Below, piece after piece: positions 1 to 11,353 of a stretch of DNA of 64,000 nucleotides; the first letter of the stretch is position 1; the number at the start of each line of letters is the position of its first letter. The position numbers and the translations under genes are program-made. The notes under the pieces were generated by a model. The model worked only from the letters and a program-made list of their open reading frames with translations. It searched no databases and was not told the origin of the DNA. This DNA is from Solirubrobacteraceae bacterium (GTDB lineage Bacteria > Actinomycetota > Thermoleophilia > Solirubrobacterales > Solirubrobacteraceae): contig DATMMF010000028.1 of the NCBI GenBank assembly GCA_035569835.1, positions 40,071 through 104,070 on the forward strand. The letters run 5' to 3'.

Positions 1-5
1 TCGGC

Positions 6-1100
<1,095 letters not shown>

Positions 1101-1129
1101 CTATCAGCGGCCGTGCGGGAGCCGTCAGG

Positions 1130-2080
1130 CTAGGCGCCGCGCGGGGCCTTGTCGATGTCGCGGTGCGCGACGCTCACGTCCAGGTCAGGCTCGTCGCTGT
1201 AGCGCGCAGCCAGGCGCTCTGCGATCGCCACGGAGCGGTGGCGCCCGCCGGTGCAGCCGACGGCGATCATCAGGTGTGCCTTGCCCTCGGCGACGTACTG
1301 CGGCAGCAGGAAGTCGAGCAGCGGGTCGAGCCGTTCGTAGAGCTCCTCCAGGCGCCCGTCGCGGCCGATGAACTCGACCACCTCGGGGTCGAGCCCGGTG
1401 AGCTCACGCAGATCTGCCTCGTAGTGCGGGTTTGCCAGGAAGCGGACGTCGAGGACGAGATCCTCATCGCGCGGCGGGCCGTGCTTGAAGCCGAAGGACA
1501 TGAACGTCACGGCGAGGCGCCCGACCGCCTTGCGCGGGAGCAGCTCGGCGGCGATCTTCTCGCGCAGGCTCGTCGCGGACATGCCGGTCGTGTCGATCAC
1601 GAGGTCGGCGCGCTCGCGCAGCTGCGTGAGCAGCTCGCGCTCGGCGGCGACGCCCGCGGCGACGCTGCCGTCCGGCGCGAGCGGGTGGCGGCGGCGCGTC
1701 TCCTTGTAGCGGTTCACGAGCGTCTGCTCGGAGGCCTCGAGGAACAGCACATGATGCTTGAGGCCGAGCGCGTCCAGATCGTCGACGACCGCTTGCAGGC
1801 CCTCGAAGTAGACGCCGCCGCGCACGTCGGAGACGACCGCAGCGCGCTCGACCTTGGTGCCCCGGTGCACGACGAGCTCGACGAGCGAGCGGATCATCTC
1901 CGGAGGGAGGTTGTCGACGCAGAAGTAGCCCGCGTCCTCGAACACGTTCATCGCCGTCGACTTGCCGGCGCCCGAGAAGCCAGTGATCACGACAAGGTTC
2001 TCGAGCCGGGACTCGAGCACGGGCTTCTCTTCTCGCTCGCCGGCCGCGCGCAGCGGTCGCAGGGGCCTCAACACGGCCAT
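1130..2080 (-). CDS. rapZ: RNase adapter RapZ/YvcJ P-loop protein
   Basis: VVITGFSGAGKS Walker A, CVDNLP, SFGFKHG and GCTGGRHRSV motifs; true start may be downstream. Confidence 0.95.
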   Translation of the reverse strand: MAVLRPLRPLRAAGEREEKPVLESRLENLVVITGFSGAGKSTAMNVFEDAGYFCVDNLPPEMIRSLVELVVHRGTKVERAAVVSDVRGGVYFEGLQAVVDDLDALGLKHHVLFLEASEQTLVNRYKETRRRHPLAPDGSVAAGVAAERELLTQLRERADLVIDTTGMSATSLREKIAAELLPRKAVGRLAVTFMSFGFKHGPPRDEDLVLDVRFLANPHYEADLRELTGLDPEVVEFIGRDGRLEELYERLDPLLDFLLPQYVAEGKAHLMIAVGCTGGRHRSVAIAERLAARYSDEPDLDVSVAHRDIDKAPRGA

Positions 2081-2146
2081 GACATCGTCATTGTGCCGCG
2101 CTTCGCGGACGCGCGGTGAAGATCTTGCGCTCGGAGGCCGTCGCGC

Positions 2147-4042
2147 TCAGCCCGCACGATGCAGGTATGCGTGCACATCCCGCCCGACCTTCGCCGGCAC
2201 GCCCGGCACCGACTGGAGCTCCTCCTGGGAGGCCGCCAGCACCGACTCGGGCGAGCCGAACCAGTTCAGCAGCGCGCGCTTGCGCGCCTCCCCCACTCCG
2301 GGCAGCCCGTCGAGCACCGAGCTCGTCATCGCTCGGTCGCGGCGCGTGCGGTGGTGGGTGATCGCGAAGCGGTGCGCCTCGTCGCGGACGCGCTGGAGGA
2401 GCTGCAGCTCGGGCGTGGAGTGGTCGAGGACCAGCGGCGTGGCCCGGCCCGGCTGGAACACCTCCTCGATTCGCTTCGCCAGCGAGACGACCGCGACGCC
2501 GCGCTCCCGAAAGCCCTGCAGCGGCCCGAGCCCGGCGCTCAGCTGACCCTTGCCGCCGTCGATCACGACGAGGTTCGGCAGCGCGGCGAAGCTCGGGTCA
2601 TACGACGGGTCGTGCGGGGAGATGTCGGCCTGGCGCTCCCACTGCGCGAACCGTCGTTCCAAGACCTCGGCCATCGCGGCGAAGTCGTCGGGCGCGCCCT
2701 CGGTGGAGCGGATCTTGAAGCGGCGGTAGTCCGATTTCTTCGGCGCGCCGCCCTCGAAGACGACCATCGAGGCGACCGTGTGCGTGCCGCCGAGGTTGGA
2801 GATGTCGAAGCACTCGATCCGCACCGGCGGCGCGTCGAGCGAGAGCGCGAGCTGCAGGCCTTCGAGCGCCTCGACGCGGCCCTGGCGCCGGCGCTCGGAG
2901 CGCAGCCGCTCCTGGTCGAGCGCGAGGCGGGCGTTGCGCTCGGCGAGCTCGAGGATGCGCCGCTTCTCGCCGCGCTCGGCGGCGCGCAGCTCGACCGGCC
3001 CGTCGCGCCGGCTCGCGAGCGCCACCTCCAGCGCCGGGCGCTCGCCGATCTCGCCCTGCACCACGAGCAGCGCCGGGATCGAGATCTGGCCGCTGTAGTA
3101 CTGGAGCATGAACTCCTCGGCGACCTCGCCCAGGTCGCGCTCGGTCTCGTTCGAGAGGTAGAACGACTGGCGGTCCGAGAGCACGCCGTCGCGAACCTGG
3201 AACACCTGCGCGTTGGCCTCGCGCCCGTCCAGCGCGACCGCGATCGCGTCGAAGGTGCCGACGGAGTCGCCGGTCACGCGCCGGCGTTCCAGCAGCGAGC
3301 GGACCGCCTGCAGCCGGTTGCGCTCGATCGTCGCCTGCTCGAACTCTTCTTGCGCGGCCGCCTCGCGCATGCGCCGCTCCAGGTCGCGCTCGATCTGCGA
3401 GAAGCGCCCGGAGAGGAAGTCGCGCACCCCGTCGATCGCCTCGCGGTACTCCTCGCGCGTGACGTAGCCGACGCAGGGCGCCCCGCAGCGCTTGATGTAG
3501 TAGTCCAGGCAGGGGCTGCCGCTGCGGCGCCCGGGCTCGACGCCGGTGCAGGAGCGGAACAGGAACACCTTGGCGAGCACCTCGAGCGTCGAGCGCACCC
3601 GTTTCGCGTTCGAGTACGGGCCGAAGTAGGCACGACCGGAGCGGTGGCGCTCGCGCGTGAAGTAGACGCGCGGGAACTCCTCGTCCAGGGAGATGCCGAT
3701 GAACGGATAGGACTTGTCGTCCCGCAGGCGGATGTTGAAGCGCGGCCGGTACTGCTTGATGAAGCTCTGCTCCGCCAGCAGGGCCTCGGCCTCGCTCGCG
3801 ACAACGACGGTTTCGACGTGCTCGGTGGCGGCGATCATCTCCGCGTGCCCGGGACTGCTCGGCACCTGCGCTTTGGAGAAGTGGGAGGCGACGCGCTTCT
3901 TCACCGACTTGGCCTTGCCGACATAGAGCACGCGCCCGGCGCCGTCGCGGAACAGGTACACGCCCGGCTGGTCGGGCAGCGCACGGCGCTGCGCAGCCAG
4001 CCCCTCGGGCTTCTCCTTCTTCTGCGTGTCCGTCGTTGCCAC
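2147..4042 (-). CDS. uvrC: Excinuclease ABC subunit C
   Basis: GIY-YIG (PGVYLF..VLYVGKAK), RIECFDISN, VVIDGGKGQL, RDEAHRFAITHHR and C-terminal HhH. Confidence 0.98.
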   Translation of the reverse strand: MATTDTQKKEKPEGLAAQRRALPDQPGVYLFRDGAGRVLYVGKAKSVKKRVASHFSKAQVPSSPGHAEMIAATEHVETVVVASEAEALLAEQSFIKQYRPRFNIRLRDDKSYPFIGISLDEEFPRVYFTRERHRSGRAYFGPYSNAKRVRSTLEVLAKVFLFRSCTGVEPGRRSGSPCLDYYIKRCGAPCVGYVTREEYREAIDGVRDFLSGRFSQIERDLERRMREAAAQEEFEQATIERNRLQAVRSLLERRRVTGDSVGTFDAIAVALDGREANAQVFQVRDGVLSDRQSFYLSNETERDLGEVAEEFMLQYYSGQISIPALLVVQGEIGERPALEVALASRRDGPVELRAAERGEKRRILELAERNARLALDQERLRSERRRQGRVEALEGLQLALSLDAPPVRIECFDISNLGGTHTVASMVVFEGGAPKKSDYRRFKIRSTEGAPDDFAAMAEVLERRFAQWERQADISPHDPSYDPSFAALPNLVVIDGGKGQLSAGLGPLQGFRERGVAVVSLAKRIEEVFQPGRATPLVLDHSTPELQLLQRVRDEAHRFAITHHRTRRDRAMTSSVLDGLPGVGEARKRALLNWFGSPESVLAASQEELQSVPGVPAKVGRDVHAYLHRAG

Positions 4043-4072
4043 GCTCCGAGGATAGGAGCGACGCCCGCCGCG

Positions 4073-4447
4073 TCAGGTCTTGGACTCGTTGAGCGCGACG
4101 GCCGCGCGGACCAGCGCCTTCAGCGCCTGCTCGTCGATCTCCTCGCCCTCGCCGATGTCGATCGCCCGGCGGGTGTTGCCCTCGAGGCTCGAGTTGAACA
4201 GCCCGGCGGGATCCGGCAGCGACGCGCCCTTGGCGAACGTCAGCTTGACGACGCTCTTGTACGTCTCACCGGTGGTGATGATCCCGTCGTGCGACCAGAC
4301 CGGGGTGCCGCGCCATTTCCATTCCTCGACGATGTCGGGATCGGCCGCTTTTACGATCGCGCGCACGCGGGCGAGCGTCTCGCCGCGCCAGTCGCCCAGC
4401 TCAGCGATCCTCGCGTCGATCCGCTGCGATGGAGTGTCATCGGTCAC
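4073..4447 (-). CDS. DUF1801 (YdhG-like) protein
   Basis: DWRGETLARVR..EEWKWRGTPVWSHDG..KLTFAKGASL pattern typical of the family. Confidence 0.8.
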   Translation of the reverse strand: MTDDTPSQRIDARIAELGDWRGETLARVRAIVKAADPDIVEEWKWRGTPVWSHDGIITTGETYKSVVKLTFAKGASLPDPAGLFNSSLEGNTRRAIDIGEGEEIDEQALKALVRAAVALNESKT

Positions 4448-4460
4448 GCCGGCTCTCAGC

Positions 4461-4826
4461 CTAGGAGTAGCTGCGGTAGTGCCGGTAGACCTCGAGGAAC
4501 CCGTACAGCACGAGCCCGACGAGCACGAACCACGCGAGCTCGCCGAGCCCCGTTTCCCACATCCGCGAGCGTCCCATGTAGCAGAACAGCGCGAGCGCGA
4601 TCGCGCCGTAGAGCATGCCGCGGTGACGGTCGCCGAGCGCGGACAGCCGGAACTGGTTTTCGCGGTACAGACGCAGTCCGAGGTAGCCGATCCCGATCCC
4701 GAACGCGGCCCACAGGAACGCGACGAAGCCGTCCGCTGCGCGTCCGCCGCCGGGGATGAAGTAGACGGCGGCGCCGAGCGCGACGATGATCGCGATGTTG
4801 CGAAACGCGCGCTGCCCGTCGGTCAT
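4461..4826 (-). CDS. Small integral membrane protein of unknown function (121 aa, about 4 TM)
   Basis: C-terminal part of ORF 4461..5735 starting MTDGQRAF; hydrophobic segments; TACACT -10 six nt upstream of the ATG. Confidence 0.8.
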   Translation of the reverse strand: MTDGQRAFRNIAIIVALGAAVYFIPGGGRAADGFVAFLWAAFGIGIGYLGLRLYRENQFRLSALGDRHRGMLYGAIALALFCYMGRSRMWETGLGELAWFVLVGLVLYGFLEVYRHYRSYS

Positions 4827-4858
4827 ACCCCGAGTGTAATCAGAGCGCGCCCGCCCGC

Positions 4859-6775
4859 TCAGTCGATGAGCGCCTCGAGGTCCGCGTAGGCGGTCTCGAC
4901 GGCGCGGCGCGCCGCCGTGTGCCGTGCCTCGGACTTGGCCGCCTCGTAGCGGGTGGCCCACGCCGCGGGGTCGGCGAGCTCTTGCTCCAGCGCCGCGAGC
5001 GCCGCTTCGGCCTCCTCCACGGCGTGCTCCGCCTTCTGCTGGGCGCCCAGCCGGTTCTTCGAGGGGCCCTTCGGCCGCTCGCTCCGCTTCTTGGGGGCCG
5101 CGGTCGGCTCCATGCCGGGCTCCCGCGCCGGCGGCGCGGGAGCCCGTTCGCCCGCGTCGTCCCGTTCCTCGCGGATGCGCCAGTAGTCGGCCCATCCGCC
5201 CTGGTAGGTGTGAAGCGTCCCGCTCTCCACGGCGACGGTCCGGGTCCCGACCGCGTCGAGCAGCGCCCGGTCGTGGGACACCAGCAGCACGGCGCCCGTG
5301 AAGGCCCGCAGGGCGTCCTCGAGCGCCTCGCGGCTCTCGATGTCGAGGTGGTTGGTGGGCTCGTCGAGGATCAGCACGTTCGCGCCGGACTGGACCAGGA
5401 TCGCCAGCGACAGGCGCCGGCGCTCGCCTCCGGAGAGCCCGGCCAGCGGTTTCTCGACCTCCTCGCCCGAGAACAGGAAGCGGCCGAGCAGCGCCCGCGC
5501 CTTGTTGGGGGTCAGCTTCGTCGCGCGCTGCGCCGCCTCCAGCACGCTCTGGTCGCGGTCGCCGCCCGAGCCGATCTCGTCCGCGTGCTGGGAGAGGTAG
5601 CCCAGCTTCACGTTGTGGCCGGTCGACAGTTTCCCCGCGGCCAGCGCGCGCCGCCCCTCGAGCGTCTCGATCAGGGTTGTCTTGCCGGTGCCGTTGGGGC
5701 CGACGAGCGCCACGTGCTCGCCGCGTTCCAGCCACAGCTCGGCCTGCTCCAGCAGCACGAGTGGCGGCTCGCCGACCTCCACGCGGCCGCCCTCCAGCTC
5801 GAAGATCACGCGTCCGCTGCGCTCAGGCGGCTTGAAACGGAACTCGAGCGCGTGCCCGTCCCGCGGATCGCGCTCGATGCGCTCGATCTTCGCGAGCTTC
5901 TTGACGCGCGACTGCGCCTGTTTGGCCTTCGTCGCCTTGTAGCGGAAGCGCTCGATGAAGCGTTCCATGCGCTCGATCTCGGCTTGCTGCTTGTCGATCG
6001 CCTTCCCGAGCGCGATGTCGCGCGCGGCCTGCTCCTTGCGCCACTGGGCCCACGACCCCGCGAAGAAGCGTGAGCGGCCGGCCTCGAGCTCGAGCACGGC
6101 CGTCCCGACGGCCTCGAGGAACCATCGGTCGTGGGCGACGAGCACGACCGCGGCGTCCAGCTCGGCGAGCGTCTGCTCCAGCCATTCCAGCGAGGCGATG
6201 TCGAGGTGGTTCGTGGGCTCGTCGAGCAGCAGCACGTCGGCGCCGGTCGCGAGCGCCCGGGCCAGCGAGGCGCGCGTGAGCTGGCCGCCCGAGAAGGTGT
6301 CCAGGCGCCGCTCCAGGTCCTCGTCGCGGAAGCCGAGGCCGTGGGCCATCGTGCTCGCGCGCGAGCGCCACAGGTAGCCGCCGCGCGCCTCCAGCCTGGC
6401 CTGCGCCTTGGAGTACCGCGCGAGCGTCGCCTCGTCGGTCTCTCCGGCCGCCATGCGCGCCTCCAGGCCGGCCAGCTCGGCCTCGATCGCGAGCTCCTCG
6501 GCGCAGCCGGAGAGCACGTAGTCGCCCAGCGCCACGTCGCGCTCGCGCGGCGGGCGCTGATCGTGCAGCGCGATCCGCACGCCCTTCGCGATCGAGAGCT
6601 CGCCGCGGTCGATCGACGTCTCCCCCGCGAGCATCCGCAGCAGCGTGGTCTTGCCGGCGCCGTTGCGTCCGGCGATCGTCATCCGTTCGCGGCGCTCGAG
6701 CTTGAACGAGACGCCGCGGAGCAGCGGCTCGCCCGCGATGTCCTTGTGCAGGTCGGATGCGATCAGCAGTGCCAC
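4859..6775 (-). CDS. ABC-F family ATPase (two NBDs, no TM, C-terminal coiled coil)
   Basis: GRNGAGKTT and GPNGTGKTT Walker A, FSGGQ/LSGGE signatures, two LDEPTNHLD motifs; start placed at GTG 6775. Confidence 0.95.
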   Translation of the reverse strand: MALLIASDLHKDIAGEPLLRGVSFKLERRERMTIAGRNGAGKTTLLRMLAGETSIDRGELSIAKGVRIALHDQRPPRERDVALGDYVLSGCAEELAIEAELAGLEARMAAGETDEATLARYSKAQARLEARGGYLWRSRASTMAHGLGFRDEDLERRLDTFSGGQLTRASLARALATGADVLLLDEPTNHLDIASLEWLEQTLAELDAAVVLVAHDRWFLEAVGTAVLELEAGRSRFFAGSWAQWRKEQAARDIALGKAIDKQQAEIERMERFIERFRYKATKAKQAQSRVKKLAKIERIERDPRDGHALEFRFKPPERSGRVIFELEGGRVEVGEPPLVLLEQAELWLERGEHVALVGPNGTGKTTLIETLEGRRALAAGKLSTGHNVKLGYLSQHADEIGSGGDRDQSVLEAAQRATKLTPNKARALLGRFLFSGEEVEKPLAGLSGGERRRLSLAILVQSGANVLILDEPTNHLDIESREALEDALRAFTGAVLLVSHDRALLDAVGTRTVAVESGTLHTYQGGWADYWRIREERDDAGERAPAPPAREPGMEPTAAPKKRSERPKGPSKNRLGAQQKAEHAVEEAEAALAALEQELADPAAWATRYEAAKSEARHTAARRAVETAYADLEALID

Positions 6776-6837
6776 GGCTGCTGATGGTAGGGCCGCGCCC
6801 AACCGGCTCGGAAGAACGATCGGGTAGGATCGCGGCG

Positions 6838-7110
6838 ATGCGCCGCCTCGCGATCCGGATCATCCCGTGCACGTTGCTGCTCACCCTCGCGCTCGCCTCT
6901 GTGGCGCACGCCGACAACGACGGCCGGGGCTTCTACGGTCCCACCAACGACAAAGCGATCACCAACATCATGTTCGGCGTGATCGTCTTCTTCCCGGTGT
7001 TCGTGTTCGCGATGAGCATGCTGCAGGGCCGCCTCGAGAGGCGCAAGGACCGCCGCAAAGCCGCCGAAAAGCAGATCGACAGCACCGCCGGCTGGCGCGG
7101 CGGCTGGTAG
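6838..7110 (+). CDS. Small exported/bitopic membrane protein of unknown function (90 aa)
   Basis: Signal peptide ending AHA, short ectodomain, TM helix and basic tail ending GGW; TAGGAT -10 seven nt upstream. Confidence 0.75.
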   Translation: MRRLAIRIIPCTLLLTLALASVAHADNDGRGFYGPTNDKAITNIMFGVIVFFPVFVFAMSMLQGRLERRKDRRKAAEKQIDSTAGWRGGW

Positions 7111-7129
7111 CGCCTGCGGGCAGCGGGCG

Positions 7130-7915
7130 ATGGCGGCCGAACCGAGCGGGCGCGACGCCGTCACCTATGAGCGCAGCGGCCCGGCCGCGCTGATCACGAT
7201 CGACCGCCCGCACCGCCGCAACGCGGTCGACGGGCCGACCGCCGAAGCGCTCTACGAGGCCTACCTGGAGTTCGAGCGCGATGACGACGCCCTGGTGCTC
7301 GTCGTCACGGGGGCGGGCGGGGTCGCGTTCTGCGCCGGGGCGGACCTCAAGGCGACCGAGACGATGGCCGGCCGGCTGATGAGCGCCGAGGGCCCGATGG
7401 GGTTCACCCGCCTGACCCCGTCCAAGCCGACGATCGCGGCGATCGCCGGGTACGCGCTGGCCGGCGGGCTGGAGATCGCCCTCTGGTGCGACCTGCGCAT
7501 CGCCACTTCCTCCTCGCAGCTCGGCTACCCCGAGCGGCGCTGGGGCGTGCCGCTGATCGACGGCGGCACGCAGCGCCTGCCGCGCATCGTCGGCCTCGGC
7601 CGCGCGCTGGATCTGATCCTCACCGGGCGCATCATCGATGCCTCCGAGGCGCTGGCGATGGGGATGCTGACCGAGGTCGTCCCCGACGGGGCGCACCTCG
7701 ACCGCGCGCTGGAGCTCGCCGAAGGTCTCGCCCGTTTTCCGCAGTCGACGATGCTCGCCGACCGCCGCGCGGCGATCGAGGGCTTCGGCCTGCCGCTCGC
7801 CGACGCGCTCGCGTTCGAGGCCCAGGCCGGGCCGGAGGTGTTCGAGGAAGGCGCGCGCGGCGCGGCGCGCTTCGCCGCCGGGGAGGGCCGCGGCGGCGCG
7901 GGCGCCGGCGCCTGA
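7130..7915 (+). CDS. Enoyl-CoA hydratase/isomerase (crotonase) family
   Basis: ITIDRPHRRNAV, FCAGADLK, GYALAGGLEIALWCDLRIA motifs. Confidence 0.93.
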   Translation: MAAEPSGRDAVTYERSGPAALITIDRPHRRNAVDGPTAEALYEAYLEFERDDDALVLVVTGAGGVAFCAGADLKATETMAGRLMSAEGPMGFTRLTPSKPTIAAIAGYALAGGLEIALWCDLRIATSSSQLGYPERRWGVPLIDGGTQRLPRIVGLGRALDLILTGRIIDASEALAMGMLTEVVPDGAHLDRALELAEGLARFPQSTMLADRRAAIEGFGLPLADALAFEAQAGPEVFEEGARGAARFAAGEGRGGAGAGA

Positions 7916-8338
7916 CTAGCGCCCCGCCGCCTTTTCCGATCCGCCCGTGTGCGCCGCCGCCTGCGCGTCGGCAAAGGTCGCGTAGGTGTCGATCCGCGCG
8001 AGCTTGCCGTCGAGCACCGTCCATACGCCGGCGTTGCGCTGCTCCACGATGATCCCGGTGAGCCTGCCCGTCGCGGTCATGCGCAGGCCGACCACGACGG
8101 CGTCCCCCGCGTCCTCGAGCTGCTCGACATGGAAGCGGATCTCGTCGAACGCCTCCCTGAACGAGTCGAAGTACCGGCGGATCCCCTCGCGGCCGCGATA
8201 GGTGTCGGGCTCCGCGGAGAGCTCCGGCGAGACGTGCCCTTCGAAGTCGGGGTGCATCAGCGAGTACAACCGCTCGAGGTCGCCCGTGTCGAACGTCTCG
8301 AGGGCTTCGCGCACGATCGCGACTGTCTGCTCTGACAT
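7916..8338 (-). CDS. SnoaL-like/NTF2 family protein
   Basis: MSEQTVAIVREA..YRGREGIRRYF..VWTVLDGKLARI pattern. Confidence 0.85.
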   Translation of the reverse strand: MSEQTVAIVREALETFDTGDLERLYSLMHPDFEGHVSPELSAEPDTYRGREGIRRYFDSFREAFDEIRFHVEQLEDAGDAVVVGLRMTATGRLTGIIVEQRNAGVWTVLDGKLARIDTYATFADAQAAAHTGGSEKAAGR

Positions 8339-8411
8339 CGTGAGTGGAGTATCGGCGATCGCATACGCAGCCCCGCGGCGACGGGGCGTTTGCGGATAGG
8401 CTTCGCGCACG

Positions 8412-10415
8412 ATGGCCTACTTCGTGACAGGAGCGACCGGCTTCATCGGGCGCCGTCTCGTGGAGGGGCTGCTCGGCAAACGCCAGGGGGACGTGTACGT
8501 GCTGGTCCGCGAGAACAGCCGCGGCCGCCTTGACGACCTGGTGGAGCGCTGGACGGTCGCAACGGGCGCCTCGGCCGCCGAGCGCGTCAAGCCGGTCGTC
8601 GGCGACCTGCGACGCCCCCTGCTCGGCGTCGACGGCGACGAGGTCGCCGAGCTCCACGGCAAGATCGATCATTTCTTCCACCTCGCCGCCGTCTACGACA
8701 TGACGGCTCCGCCCGAGCGCAACACGGCTGTCAACGTCGGCGGCACCACGCACGCCGTCGAACTCGCGCGCGCCGTCGACGCGGGCTGCCTGCACCACGT
8801 CTCCTCGATCGCCGTCGCGGGCACCTACCGCGGCGTCTTCGACGAGAGCATGTTCGACGAGAACCAGCGCCTGCCGTCGCCCTACCACCGCACGAAGTTC
8901 GAGTCCGAGCGGATCGTGCGAGAGCAGCTCTACGTGCCCTGGCGCGTCTACCGCCCGGGGATCGTCGTCGGCGACTCCAAGACGGGCGAGATGGACAAGA
9001 TCGACGGCCCGTACTACTTTTTCAAAGCGATCCAGCGCCTGCGCCGCGTCGTGCCCGAATGGGTGCCGCTGGTCGGGCTCGACCTCGGGTACACGAACGT
9101 CGTGCCGGTCGACTGGGTCGCGGGCGCGCTCGAGCACATCGCCCACGAGCCGAACCTCGACGGGCAGGCCTTCCACCTCACCGACCCGCGGGCGCAGAAG
9201 GTCGTCGACCTGATCAACGAGCTGGCCGTCGCGGCGCACGCCCCGCGCTTCGCCGCGAACGTCGACAAACGCCTGCTCGATCCGCTGCCGAGATGGCCGC
9301 TGGCGCTGGCGGCGGCGCTGCCGCCGTTCAAGCAGATCTCCGACCTCGCCCTGCACGAGCTCGGGGTCCCGCGCGAGGTGCTCGCCCACGTCGAGCTCGT
9401 GCCGCGCTTCGACGCGCACGAGGCGGGCCGCGCGCTCGCGGCCACGGCGCTCGAACAGCCGCCCCCGCTTCGCGAATACGCGCCGCGGCTGTGGGACTAC
9501 TGGGAGCGCGAGATGGAGCCGGCGACCGGCCGCGGGCGCACGCTGCACGAGGCGCTGAACGGAAGGCACGTGATGATCACCGGAGCCTCATCCGGGATCG
9601 GGCGCTCGACCGCGCTGAAGGTCGCCGCCGGAGGCGGCGTGCCGCTGCTCGTGGCCCGGAACGTCGACAAGCTCGAGGAGGTTCGCGCCGAGATCGTCGC
9701 CGGAGGCGGCACGGCCTACGTCTACGCCGCCGACATCTCCGATGTCGACTCGGTCGAACGCCTGCTCGAGCGCGTGCTCGCCGACCACCGCAACGTCGAC
9801 ATGCTCGTCAACAACGCGGGCCGCTCGATCCGGCGCTCGATCGCGCTCAGCTACAACCGCTTCCACGACTTTGAGCGCACGATGCAGCTCAACTACTTCG
9901 GCGCGATCAAGCTGATCATCGGCCTGCTGCCGCACATGCGCGAACGCGGCTCGGGGCACATCGTCAACGTGTCCTCGATCGGGGTGCAGACGAACCCGCC
10001 GCGCTTCTCCGCATACGTCGCCTCGAAGGCGGCGCTCGATGCGTTCACGCGCGTCGTCGCCTCGGAGGTGATCGGCGACGGCGTGACGTTCACGACGATC
10101 CACATGCCGCTCGTCCGCACGCCGATGATCGCACCGACGAAAATGTACGACGCCTTCCCCACTCTCAGCCCCGAGGAGGCGGCGGACATGATCTGCGAGG
10201 CGCTGCGCTCGCGCCCCAAGGAGATGGGCACCCGGCTCGGCAAGTTCGGCGAAGTCCTCTACAGCCTCTCGCCGAGCCTCATGGACCGCGTCCTGCACCT
10301 GGGCTATCGCGTGTTTCCGGACTCGGCGGCCGCGAAGGGCCAGAAGGAAGTCGAGGAACACGTCTCCTTCGAGCAGATCGCGATGGCCACGTTGACCCGC
10401 GGCGTGCACTGGTAG
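8412..10415 (+). CDS. Two-domain fatty acyl-CoA reductase (extended SDR + classical SDR, AcrA1-like)
   Basis: TGATGFIG...YHRTK N-terminal domain; TGASSGIG, NNAGRS and YVASK C-terminal SDR; 667 aa. Confidence 0.88.
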   Translation: MAYFVTGATGFIGRRLVEGLLGKRQGDVYVLVRENSRGRLDDLVERWTVATGASAAERVKPVVGDLRRPLLGVDGDEVAELHGKIDHFFHLAAVYDMTAPPERNTAVNVGGTTHAVELARAVDAGCLHHVSSIAVAGTYRGVFDESMFDENQRLPSPYHRTKFESERIVREQLYVPWRVYRPGIVVGDSKTGEMDKIDGPYYFFKAIQRLRRVVPEWVPLVGLDLGYTNVVPVDWVAGALEHIAHEPNLDGQAFHLTDPRAQKVVDLINELAVAAHAPRFAANVDKRLLDPLPRWPLALAAALPPFKQISDLALHELGVPREVLAHVELVPRFDAHEAGRALAATALEQPPPLREYAPRLWDYWEREMEPATGRGRTLHEALNGRHVMITGASSGIGRSTALKVAAGGGVPLLVARNVDKLEEVRAEIVAGGGTAYVYAADISDVDSVERLLERVLADHRNVDMLVNNAGRSIRRSIALSYNRFHDFERTMQLNYFGAIKLIIGLLPHMRERGSGHIVNVSSIGVQTNPPRFSAYVASKAALDAFTRVVASEVIGDGVTFTTIHMPLVRTPMIAPTKMYDAFPTLSPEEAADMICEALRSRPKEMGTRLGKFGEVLYSLSPSLMDRVLHLGYRVFPDSAAAKGQKEVEEHVSFEQIAMATLTRGVHW

Positions 10416-10489
10416 CCCGCGCCGGCGCACCGCCGCCCAGACCGGCTCGAGGAGCGAGACGGCACGCGGGGTGCTGAGATGATCCGAAC

Positions 10490-11353
10490 GTGAGCGAGCA
10501 CGCCCCGGCGATAGAGGTGCGCGCGTTGCGCAAGAGCTACGGCGACTTCGAAGCGCTGCGCGGGCTCGACATCACCGTGCGCCGCGGCGAGGTCTTCGGG
10601 CTGCTGGGCCCCAACGGGGCGGGCAAGACGACGACGGTCGAGATCCTGGAGGGCTACCGGGCACGCAGCGGGGGCGAGGTCTCGGTACTCGGGCACGACC
10701 CGGCGCGACGCGAGATCGAGCTGCGGCGGCGGATCGGGATCGTGCTCCAGTCGGGCGGCATCTACAGCCACATCACACCCCGCGAGGCCCTGGCCCAATG
10801 GGCGGCGTTCTATCCGAGTCCGCGCGGCGTCGGCGAAGTGCTCCTGCTCGCCGGCCTCGAGCCCGTGGCCGACGTGCGCTGCCGGCGGCTCTCGGGTGGG
10901 CAGCTGCGGCGGCTCGACTTCGCGCTTGCGCTCGTCGGCGACCCCGAGCTGATCTTCCTCGACGAGCCGACGACCGGTTTCGACCCGGAGGCGCGCCGCG
11001 CCGCTTGGGGCACGGTGCGCTCGCTGCGCGAGCTCGGTAAGACGATCCTGCTGACGACGCACTACCTCGACGAGGCGCAGGAGCTCGCCGACCGCGTGGC
11101 GATCGTCAAGGACGGCCGCGTGCTCGCGATCGGCCCGCCACGGGAGCTCGGCGGAGACGGCGCGGGCGAGCGCTACCGGGTCAGCTACCGCGACGCCGAC
11201 GGCGCGCTCGTCGAGCTCGACACGGACGACCCGACGGCGACGCTGCACGAGCTGACCGGCCGCGCGCTCGCGGAGGGCTGGCGCCTGCGCGAGCTGATGG
11301 TCGCGCGTCCCACGCTCGAGGACGTGTACCTGGAGCTGACCGCCGATGGCTGA
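10490..11353 (+). CDS. ABC exporter ATP-binding subunit (DrrA-like)
   Basis: GPNGAGKTT, LSGGQ, LDEPTTG, TTHYLDEA motifs. Confidence 0.93.
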   Translation: MSEHAPAIEVRALRKSYGDFEALRGLDITVRRGEVFGLLGPNGAGKTTTVEILEGYRARSGGEVSVLGHDPARREIELRRRIGIVLQSGGIYSHITPREALAQWAAFYPSPRGVGEVLLLAGLEPVADVRCRRLSGGQLRRLDFALALVGDPELIFLDEPTTGFDPEARRAAWGTVRSLRELGKTILLTTHYLDEAQELADRVAIVKDGRVLAIGPPRELGGDGAGERYRVSYRDADGALVELDTDDPTATLHELTGRALAEGWRLRELMVARPTLEDVYLELTADG

